37,478 nucleotides of DNA from Bugula neritina (Eukaryota > Animalia > Bryozoa), in the NCBI GenBank assembly GCA_964035545.1, contig CAXIUT010000037.1, positions 63,968 to 101,445 of the forward strand. Reading direction: 5' to 3'. The translations under genes and the position numbers were made by a program. Positions 11,504 to 22,637 of the stretch are shown here, piece by piece. Position 1 is the first letter of the stretch. Every line of letters begins with the position of its first letter. Below the pieces are notes generated by a model, which saw nothing but the letters and a program-made list of their open reading frames with translations, had not been told where the DNA came from and did not search any database.

Positions 11504-11589
11504 TTGGGGTTGGGGTTGGGGTTGGGGTTGGGGTTGGGGTTGGGTTGGGGTTGGGGTTGGGGTTGGGGTTGGGTTGGGGTTGGGGTTGG
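11504..11589 (+). repeat. Internal telomere tract (TTGGGG)n, chromosome 3'-end orientation
   Basis: About 14 G4T2 units, two of them G3 variants. Confidence 0.95.
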
Positions 11590-11729
11590 AAAGTGTTGAA
11601 GGCATTTATGGATGAAACATGATGTTAGTTAAATAACTATTTATGATTTTGGCTATTTTGTTTGATTTTTTTTCATCTTTAGAAATTCTGGAATGGTGTA
11701 TAATATTTACAAGCAGGAGTAAATAACGA

Positions 11730-12756
11730 ATGGACCTCGATTTTTTGCTTTTCACTCCACCTAAACGAAAATATTCATTTATGTAATTCTGGGGATAAAC
11801 CGTATTTATTCCTAAAACTCGTAAGAAAACCAAAGGCGAGTCTCACTTCTCCTTTCTTAACTGCTATCAAGCATCAACTAACAATTAGGTACATATGACT
11901 GTTGATGCTGCTTTGCTAGAAACTAAGGGAACTCTTGATTTTGAAACAGAATTGAGTACAGATTCATCTCATCAGGCTCAGGAATAGTTCTAGATTGAAA
12001 AATATATTCCTTGTTTATATTTGAACTCAATGGTCAACAGTAAATATTTGATTTTGTACTTTCATGCTTCAGGGGAAGATATTAAATTATGCAGCAAATT
12101 GCTGGATCTACTTCGAAACCTCTACCAGGTAAAACAGTTTCTATTTAGTGTAATGTTATGGCAATGGAATATCCTGGTTATAGTATATACAAGGGTGATT
12201 TGTCCTCAGAAACAGTTAAAAGTGATAGCTTCTATCTCTATAACTATCTTGTCACAACTCTAGGATTTAAACAAGAAAATATCATTATTGTTGGAAGGTC
12301 TATTGGAACTGGTGTTTCACTTTAACTTATGCAAAAAACAAAACCAGGAGCTCTTGCCCTTATCAGTCCCTTTGCAAGTGTTAAGTCATTGGCTCGCTAG
12401 TTTGCAGGATTTTTTGGACAATTACTCGCTAAAGAGACATATGATAACCGAACAAACATCATGGCAGTTAGTTGTCCTACATTCTTTCTTCATGGAAAAA
12501 AAGATTAGATAATATCAGTATAGAATACAAAGGAACTTGCAAGTATTGGTTATCTTATTTAGAGTTATGTTATCAAAAGAATCAAGTAGTAATGCCTGAA
12601 GAAATGACTCATTCTAATTTCGATTTTTATTCTGATTTAGCTGATCCTTTAAGATAATTTTTGATGACAAATGGTTTTGGGTTTTATGAACCTCAACAAA
12701 ATGGCCCAATAATACCTGATATATTATTCAAATGCCCTGAATAGTATAAATTCTGA
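11730..12756 (+). CDS. ABHD17-like alpha/beta hydrolase, 328 aa
   Basis: ILYFHASGED, MEYPGYS, nucleophile elbow GRSIGTG, LISPFAS, FLHGKKDE, MTH; 20-nt introns 12129-12148 and 12543-12562. Confidence 0.88.
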
Positions 12757-12849
12757 TTTTTAAACTTATTTCTCCTTCTTTCTCAACATCGACTATTTAA
12801 TTTAATCATTTTAACAATATTTATTGTAATAATTCTATTCAACGGTCAA

Positions 12850-13215
12850 ATGGGAAGCAGCCAACCTCAGTAGACTCTCGATCCTAACTTCCAAATGCAC
12901 AAATACCTCAACCAAGGTCTTAATCAAAAACAAATTATGATGATTCGTAGTGCTTTTAATTCCTACGAACCTTCTAACGGATAAATTCCTTTTCAGAAGT
13001 ATAAGGAAGTGATCATGCAAACAGAAGCAAAAGATTTGTTAAATAAAAAATTGCAAAATAGAGAAACTATTAACTTTGACGAGTTTTTTGGAATAGAAAA
13101 AGAAGTATTGTTGAGTCAACTTAAAAAGAATCCAGCTATGGAGATCGACTCAACTCAAGTTTAACCTCCATCCAACTTTTTTTGTCCTTATGCTCAATAA
13201 GTTGTCCGCAATTGA
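12850..13215 (+). CDS. Small degenerate EF-hand (centrin/spasmin N-lobe-like) protein, 121 aa
   Basis: MGSSQP...FQMHKYLNQGLNQKQIMMIRSAFNSYEPSNGEI...ETINFDEFFGI; resembles the centrin GLTEEEVLEIKEAFDLFD...IDFDEF pattern. Confidence 0.6.
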
Positions 13216-13384
13216 TATCAATATAATGAAATAATATTTCTCACTATCATGCTAAAAGGGTTTCTCCTATTTGTTCAGCTATAATCCTTTGATTTAAATT
13301 TGAGCCAGTCATTTTAATGATAGGAATAGATAAGGATTGAATTAAAAAGATTGATTGAGCGGACTAATAATATTTTGATAAGAA

Positions 13385-13750
13385 ATGGAACTGAGTAGAG
13401 AAGTGCAGAACCTGCTATCGCATATCAATCAAACCATCAATTCTCAGAGTAGTGTCTCATCAAAGGTGCAACTTCCTTCTAAAGATCTCTCCATTGGATA
13501 ACTTGCAGAACTTCTTTCAGTACTAGCTAAAGAGTATAATACCACACTTCCTGTTCTGATTCGTAAACTAGACCATGTTTCTGGTGATATTAAAGCTTTG
13601 GATAAGATGTATACTCAAAAAGACTAAAAACTTGAATGGACAGCTGAAGAAGATGAACTTTTGGCAAAGAACCCAGGAATTATGGTAAGATGGAAGGGTT
13701 AAGAGGCTGTAGATCTTCGCAAACGATACCTCAATACTCGTATTAGATGA
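13385..13750 (+). CDS. Stand-alone Rap1 C-terminal (RCT)-like domain protein, 121 aa
   Basis: LSVLAKEYNTTLPVLIRKLDHVSGDIKAL...LEWTAEEDELLAKN...VRWKGEEAVDLRKRYL; intronless, clean ATG to TGA. Confidence 0.65.
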
Positions 13751-13775
13751 TTGTTTTAGCCATATAAGTAATAAA

Positions 13776-14788
13776 TCATTGAATATTATTTGAAATATGA
13801 GAAGAAGATATTTCCTTTGGATTTGAATGAGGAAGTGAAATGATCTAAAGATCGGCTAGTTTTTTCTTTTTATTTATTTTGGCAAATAAGTCATCTTTGG
13901 ATGATTTTTAACTTTACATAGCGAGAGTATTTGTTTTATTTTTTATTGATTGTAGGACTTGAAGCATTGTATTTTTATTATTTTGTTCTTTAGATTCAAT
14001 ATTCAAATTTGTAGTTTATGTTTTTGATCTTTTGGATTTTTAGCTAACTTTATTTGACTTCATTTATATTTTTATTGGATCAATTGCCTTGAATATTTAT
14101 GAATTATTTTTTTTCTATCCTATTTACCTTTTATTTTTATCTGAAAATATAAAAGCATGACAGTAAAGATCGTTATTGACAACTTTGACATTACTTTGAT
14201 ATTATTGGTGGTTTATGAATTCCATTTGTTCTTTTACTGTTTATAAAATTTGAGTAGGTTAGATATTAAGTGTTTTTTGCTGTTTTTTTCTTTTTTATAT
14301 TTAATTCAAAGATTTTTTGAACTTATACTTGATTTGTTTGCCATCTCTAATATATTTGCTGATTCTTTATTTTAAGGAACTATAAGCATCTTTTTTATTT
14401 TATCGACTGTGAACCAAAGGGTTGCTTTATATCTTACTTTGTACCTGAATTGTAGTGATTCAAGAATCCTAGAGTTTTATCTTGAAATATCAATTTGTTT
14501 TCTTTTTTACAAAGGTGATAATTTTTTTTGATACTTAACAGGAGATAAACTATATTTATGTTCTAATTTAGATTCTAATATACTTATATCTGAGTCAATT
14601 TATTAGTTATTGACTTTCAGAGATTCTTGATGATATCTTTTTTCAGTCTATTTAATTTTACTGTTAAACTCTGTTGAATATTCAAGGGAGCTTTTTGTAC
14701 GTTTGATGTTGTCAAGATGTTTTTGATAGTTATTATTTTGCATATAGAGGGAGCTCAGAGTTGGTAGATAGCAATGTTATTTTTTCAT
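13776..14788 (-). CDS. Basic low-complexity protein, possibly CFAP97/Hemingway-like N-terminus, 330 aa
   Basis: 20-nt intron 14425-14444; YQKHLDNIKRTKSSLE and KQIDISRENSRILESL segments; family assignment weak. Confidence 0.55.
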
Positions 14789-14799
14789 AATAATAAATA

Positions 14800-14943
14800 A
14801 TGAAGGGAGGAAAAAATAATAAAAACGATGAAAGCAAAAAGTATTTATATGCCGAGCCAAAGTTTATGATTCCACCAACCTCTACAAAGCTACCAGAACC
14901 TTTTAAATCCTTCTTGAAAAAGTAGTAAAGTCAAAAGAAGTGA
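14800..14943 (+). CDS. 47-aa microprotein with PNRC/Edc1-like decapping-activator motif
   Basis: MKGGKNNKNDESKKYLYAEPKFMIPPTSTKLPEPFKSFLKKEESQKK. Confidence 0.55.
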
Positions 14944-15081
14944 ATGATTGATAAAATTTATCGACCTCTCATGAACATAAATTAAATAGTTGATAGATTT
15001 AGTAGTTTAAATTGATTAGAATCATATAATGAATTCTTTTTGAAATTTCTGATTGTTTTATATTGAGTGATGATGTAATTG

Positions 15082-17901
15082 ATGGATATGGATAATAGTT
15101 ATTATTTTTAAAATGTAATTGTAGCAAGGTTCGTCTTAAAAATTGGTCTTAGAGGTGCTTGTCATGGGGCTAGATCCTGCTCTCACTCTCTTCAAGCCCA
15201 GTTGTAAATATAAACCGATGCCAGTTAGAATAGAAATGGGTTTCAAGTCTGGAATTGTTTACAGATCCACCTAAATAAACCAAAAATAACACTAAACTAA
15301 TCGCACTTACACAAGGAGTCTTTCTCCAGATCGGATTCTGCTAAAAGAACAGACCTCCTGTCTACTAAATTGATTTCGTATCTCAACCTACAGCTGAATG
15401 GATCTCTCTCAAATCCCCTCAATCTTTCAATGAAAGATTTGGTAATCTTATCCTTTGTTATAAAGCTGGCGATAATCCTATATGTGAGCCCTTGACTGAT
15501 ATTGAAATATTGATTACCGAAAGGAAGAGAATGAATGAAGAGAAAGAGGTGTTTATTTTACCAACTGGGTATAAAATAGTTAACAACAATCCTGTTTCTT
15601 CCAACTATTTGATCTACAAGAGAAGTAATTTCTATTTAATATAGTGCGTAGTCCCTTAGAGCAAACTTTTAAAGCTATTTTGCTTGAAAAATATTCAGAG
15701 TAAAGTTCTAAAATATCACTAAATATGTTGCCACTTTTTTGTTTTCCAGAAGGAATACATTTGGCGAAGGAACTTAAAGGTTTTATAAACTTTAACTTCA
15801 TTCTTACAACATAACTAGGCGATAGAATTTATTGCAATTGTCTCTCATTCAAAGAAAATCTTTAAGAAAAATACAAAGAACAATTAGGATTGCCTTTGAC
15901 TGATAGAATTTATTATTAAAAAGCTATTTGTGTTTTATCAAAACATAGATATACAGATGAGTTCAGCGACTGTCTACAACATCTCTATCGACTATCTATG
16001 AGTAAAAATGATATTCCTTTTTATCAAGTAGTAACTGCCTTTGTATAAGGTCTTATTTTACCTAAAGATCTGGGAATAAGTGGAGTTAAGTATGATTATA
16101 GTGGAAGCAATATAACTTTTAATACAAATCCAACATATCCTATTATTTCTGTACTCATATTTTTATCTAGGAAAGAGCAATTTATTGTGTTTTCAAATTT
16201 TTACCTATTCAAGTGATTATTAGTGTCTTTGAGGCTATTCTTCTTGAGAAAAAAATAATTTTTGTTTCTCAGTCAAAGACAGTTCTTGGCTATGCAGTTG
16301 AGGCATTTTTAGCTCTTATTTTTCCTTTCAAATGGGAACATGTTATCATACCTATTCTTCCTTCAACTTTAAAAGAATATTTAAGTGCTCCTGTACCTCT
16401 AATTGCTGGAATAGCACCCAGTATGCTTGACAGAAATATTGAATCTGATGTATTTTTCAAATGATTTAGAGTATTGTCGTATAAATGGATAATGGAAGCA
16501 TACTAAATGATGAAGATTTACCTCCATTACCAGATAAAATGGAAAAATTACTTAAAAAAAGACTGGACAGTTTCTAGCTTTATAATGAAGAGGAAGTTAA
16601 AGAGTATTTATAAAATCCTGAATCAACTTATATTTTCAAAATGCAAGAGGTCTAACATCCTAATTTTCAAAGCCACTTGGTCAGAGACTGTTTTTACTAG
16701 TTTATTCTTACCCTTATGAAAAATTATAAAAAGTTTTGGGTACTTTTTCCTTACTTAGAAAACTCAAAAGTATAAAGATAGTAAAGAAAATAGTTCTATA
16801 GGATTAACTGAACCTCAATTACTTAATGATATTTTTCGTCTTCAAGATTTTCTATCAGATCTAGGAATGACTAAAGTTGGTTCATTTGGATACAAACTAA
16901 CAGAAGGCACCCTTTTTACTTCATTTATCTAGAGAAGACATCAATATTCTGATGATAAATAATTGATTTTTTTCGATCAGAGTATTGATAAAAAGAAGGC
17001 TAAAAAAGATATTAAACTTATTGAAAGAATAATAAATTTAGACTATATTGTTGCAAAACCTCCTCAAAATTAAGATAAAAATATTTATATTTATGAACAA
17101 TTTCCTAGTATATTGTAAAATGTAGCCATAAAATAAGCATAAATCAACTTGCAAATAGACTCAGTTAATGAATAATAGCTATAAATCTTAGAGTAATTTT
17201 TGTAGTCAGAGTTAAGACAAAATAAAAGATTATTTATTGAGCCTTAATCTGAAGATATTGACTATAAAATATAAAGTTTACTTTTATAGAAATTTAGAAT
17301 TAGATATGAATAATATGTAGAACGGGTTGGCATAAATAAAAATGAAACTATAAGAAGTTCTTTAGTTCCAAAAAGATTCAATAGTAGATAAATTTATGAC
17401 AAACTGAGGTAATTCGAAAGATTATATCTTTAGCAGATGAACTATGTTGAGGATCTATTTGCAAGTTGGCCTTATGACTTAGGAAAATCAGGAAAAATAA
17501 AAGAATTATCCAAAAGATAATATTTAAAAAGGTATATGCATGAAGATAACTTCTCAGAAGATTAACTACTTTGTATATATGATGAATACTATGGATATAA
17601 ATATCGAAACTATGAAACGATGGTCCTTAATAATGTGAAAATAACTTTTCTTGACCGTCAGGAGATGAGTATTAATAGTCAAGCTAGTTTAGAGAATTTA
17701 AAGAGTTCTAAAAAGAGAATTAAGTATCAGTATTAAATATATTTTCAGCATTTCAAGTTAAAAAACTTTATAAACAAAATTATACCAGATCAAGGCTGTC
17801 ACTTTTTCAACTTTGCAATCAATAAGATTCAACAGCAAAATGTTTACAACTGGACCCTTTAGACTTTTATCGAATGGAAACAATCTTTAGAAAAGAAATG
17901 A
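15082..17901 (+). CDS. DENN-domain Rab GEF (possibly DENND4-like with N-terminal MABP region)
   Basis: LPLFCFPEG, FILTTELGDRIYCNCLSF, KAICVLS, ILLEKKIIFVS, FPFKWEHVIIPILP, SAPVPLIAGI; introns 15625-15644, 16151-16170, 16450-16469 and others; 5' exon structure uncertain. Confidence 0.85.
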
Positions 17902-17950
17902 TCTAATTATTTTGAAGAGTTAAATCACTTTAAAACAATCTATACATAAA

Positions 17951-18643
17951 TCAGCAACATTATTATTTCTTTTTTTGGATATGATTCCCTAACCGTATTC
18001 CTGTAGATTCATTATATGGATCTATTTATTTATCCTCTATTTTTTTCAGAAGATCTCGAGTAATCATTCTAAAAGACTACTTTAAAAGTCGAATTACTTA
18101 TTCAGTAAGAAAAGTATTTTTAGCTGAGCATTCCATAAAAAGCAGATTATTATCTTTAGCAAAAGCTGAAGCAGCATCAATACTGACTTCTCTTTTTCTA
18201 ACTAGTGAATAAGATACGTGTTTTGCAAATCATTTTTATTTCCTACCAAAAGAATGCTAATATTTTAATTTTTTGAGCTGAATCTGACTTAGTCTATCCA
18301 TTTTTATAACTGATCAAAAGAGGATCGATTGGTAATATCATACATCAAGATGGCAGCTATTGCATTGCGATAATATAAACGAGTAATTGAACTAAATAAT
18401 TATTGTCCTGCCTTGATAAAAGGAAGTTTACAGTATCCCAAAGTTGGATATTTATTTGTTTATCATTGATTTAAAGTGTTTTTTGTCCTATTTCAAAAGA
18501 AACAGTTGTTTTTCCTTCCTAACTAAATTTTCCTTAGAGAAATTGAACAAATAAAGATGATTTTCCCACACCTTTCTAAAATAAACTATACTTGGCTAAC
18601 CTACTAGGATGTATTTGAATAAATATGTATAATTTGCATTCAT
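17951..18643 (-). CDS. Divergent Rab GTPase (Rab2/4/14 group), tandem paralog
   Basis: YLFKYILVGEPSVGKS, WDTAGQE, GNKND, MECSAK, C-terminal CC; introns 18572-18591, 18412-18431, 18198-18217, 18077-18098. Confidence 0.92.
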
Positions 18644-18809
18644 TATTGTTATTATTAAAGGAATCATATCAAAATAACAAAAATATAGACTATGATTTCC
18701 AAGAAAATAATAAAATATCATCTTAGACTATATCCTGTATGAGATGAATTTGTCCTTTATATTCATATTTTCAAAAGAAATCAATTATAAATTTAGTAAA
18801 TGTGAATTA

Positions 18810-19512
<703 letters not shown>

Positions 19513-19670
19513 AATAATATTATATAATGGAGTTTACAATTACTCTGTAAGAATTTAATTATAGTATAAACAGGATAATACAGGTTAAAAACTGCTTTTT
19601 AGATTTTTTTAAGACTTGATTATAATAATATTTCTTATAAGATGAGAAATCCATCATAAGTATTTGATTA

Positions 19671-19740
19671 GGGGTTGGGGTTGGGGTTGGGGTTGGGGTT
19701 GGGGTTGGGGTTGGGGTTGGGGTTGGGGTTGGGGTTGGGT
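19671..19740 (+). repeat. Internal telomere tract (GGGGTT)n, 3'-end orientation
   Basis: About 12 G4T2 units. Confidence 0.95.
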
Positions 19741-20898
19741 AACTTCATGAAGAAAATATGTAACTTGAGAAAACTCTTGACAAAATAACAATATAGACGA
19801 GAAAAGTATATTAATAAGCAGATAAAAGTCTTGAACTTCAAAGTAAAATTCGATCTCTTTCCAAAACAGTTCTACAACTCGGTAAAACTATCATTAGTTT
19901 AAAATATAAAATTTAAGCTCAATAGATCTAAATTGACAAAGTAAATACTCAAAGCAAAAAGATATAAGTTTGAAGAAGTTGAAGTATAAGATAAGAAATA
20001 GTAAAAAGAAGGATCAAATATCGAATAAATATTGAATATATCTCTTCAAAAATTGACTTAAACCAATGATTAAAAGTAGTTAATTAATATGAATTTGAGG
20101 CAATCATATGCAAAGTTGAGAGATTATGAAGTTTAAATACAAATTAAAGATAAAACTATATTAAATCTTAATTCTACTATTGAAGTATTAAAAAATAGAT
20201 CCAGCCAATAGTAACAGAAGAGAATCATTAATAGTTGGAATTTAAGTTAGGATTATGTTAAAAAGGCTCAATAAATGTGTATGAATTTAAACCCAGGCTC
20301 TGAACTTTGTTTGAAAAGAAGAATAAAAGTATTAGAAGAGGAATTAAAAGAAAACCAATATTTATTTATTAACTAGAGAAATATTATTGACCAGCAAAGA
20401 ATAAAGTTATAATAAAAAGAAATGGGATTATTTTTATTTTAGAAAAATTTAAAGGAAAAATAAGATAAGTTATCTCAATCTTATAAACAAGATCAAGATA
20501 GGTTAAGTCAAAAAAAGAAATAATTAGAAAAGGAATATAGAACAAAAATAAAATCAATTGAAGAATTTAGTTCTTCTATAAATGTTGAGTAAAAGATTTA
20601 AAAGTATTAGAAGAATTTATCAAAATTGAAAAGCTAATTGACTAGGTCAATAATGGAAAATAATGAAAAAACAGATGTGATAAATTATATAAATTAAATA
20701 TTAAAAGGTTTAAAAAACTAACATGATTTTTCAATTTAAAAAGCTATTGATGTTTAAATGGCTTATTTCGAAGCATCAATTGCTCTTAAAAAATCTGAAG
20801 TAAAAAACTAAGAGCACAAAAGTAAAATAAAAGAGATGCTAGAAAGAATAAAGAAGAAACTTTAGTAAATTGAAAAACAATTTCAAAAATAAAAATGA
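19740..20898 (+). CDS. Coiled-coil protein, probably 5'-truncated at the telomere junction
   Basis: Frame is open from the junction (ELHEENMELEKTLDK...); one frame change near 19880-19970 (intron or indel); E/K-rich; ends at TGA 20896-20898. Confidence 0.6.
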
Positions 20899-20924
20899 TT
20901 ATTATAATTAACTTCATCACTTCA

Positions 20925-22142
20925 TCATTTCATGTCTAACTTCACATATCTATGTCCTAATAAGAATGATACTTTTCTTTAGTTGCCTTCTTTTTTGTAC
21001 TATTATAAAGCCAATAAAATATATTTTGCACTTTCTGCATGTTTACCCATATTTTCATGTATATTTGCTGCTTTTCATAAATTACGCCTTTATTCATTCC
21101 TTTATGGTTCATAATATAAATGAATTTTCTCATAATCTTCAAGAGCTTATGACCACTTTTCCATTTTTTCTTTTAATCTTGCGCTTTGATATAATAAATC
21201 AATCATCATCTATCCTTGTTAAACTAGTTCCAAACTTCTATCAAGACTTAAAAGAGCTTCAGGATATTTATCTTGTTTTTCTTGAGTAAGACTTAATTGT
21301 TTGTAAATTTGATCAAGCATTTTTTTAACCTTTGGTTGTTTGCTTTTCCTTTAGGCAATTGCTTCTGTAAAATATTTCTAAGCGACAGAATACATTTAAC
21401 AATTGGAATATATATTGGCAATATTAGCCAAAAGAAGAGAGCAATCATAGTTTTTACACGTACTATATGAAGAAATGGCTTAACTAAAAGCATTCATACT
21501 TAATTTTTCACTTCCAAGTTTAGCATAGCAACAACCTAAATTATTAAATATTTGCCCCAACTATTTTGATTCTATCATTTATCTTTATTAAAGAACTTCT
21601 TTATAGTAATCAACCGCTTTATTGTATATTTTTGAACGATAGTAAGAATTAGCTAGAAAAGTTAATATCGATCGATATTATTTTTTGAATGATTGATCTG
21701 TTTGTTATATGGGAAATTGTTCTCTTAGTTCTTCAAAAACTTAAATAGCCTAGCTTATTTAGCCTTATCTATATAGTTTCATTCCTAATTATTTAGGACT
21801 ATTTGGGAGAAGGTTACTACTTAGTTCTGAACCTTCTTATTCTTCTTCTTGTTGGAAAAGACTATATGATTTATTATGAAGTCCAGCTTTGGAAGTTCTA
21901 TAATATCGATCAACAGTGGAAGATTTAGGTCTGCTTTGTGTCATATTAAGATGGGTAAGATTATTTGGGTTTTATATGATGTATGAAATTTCAATCTTTT
22001 TTTCTTCTTTAGGGAGAGGAACTTTACGAAGAAGAATAGTAAATTTATGAATTTCATTTTAGTTGAGAATTTGAACTACTTGTTTAAACATTTATTATTT
22101 TGACATTCCAGATAGTTAGACAATTTAGACTTCTTCTTCCAT
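20925..22142 (-). CDS. TPR-repeat protein, ~405 aa, with one in-frame TGA at 21075-21077
   Basis: FLANSYYRSKIYNKAVDYYKEVL, IFNNLGCCYAKLG, LANIANIYSNCEMYSVAEKYFTEAI, KAANIHENMGKHAESAKY. Confidence 0.8.
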
Positions 22143-22637
22143 TTTTTTCAATTATAATGTTCTATAAAGACTATATTAACAAATAACTTACCAATCTTTT
22201 CTTCAATTAAATATTTATCGAATGAAAAAAAAAATATAGAATAAAATTATAAAACCCTTTCAATATCTCTTTTTAGATATGATTTTGAAAAAGATAAAAT
22301 ATTATAAAAAATTAAAACTAGAATATCAATAGGTCAAATCTGATATTTTGATATTTAAAGTCTTTAAACCCTCATAATATTAACAAATATGAATAAATTC
22401 GGTCTTTAAAAATTTTTATTATATATTTATCCTTATTTATTTCAAGATTTAAAATAATTATTTTAGAAAATATTTTCTCTTTAATAATAAAACAAAAATA
22501 TTCTACTAAATTTTTAATTAAAAGAAGAAAATGACAAAAAGTTCACCTCTTTATCTAAAACAAAGAAGATATTATAAATTATAAATTATGATAAGTGTTG
22601 TTGATTATTATAATATTCAATAGTAATTTTGAAAATA

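Noticed and set aside
11504-11589. Internal telomere tracts as ends of telomere-bearing transposons (TBE/Tel-like)
   Set aside because: All tracts have the same polarity, with no inverted pairing, target duplication or transposase gene
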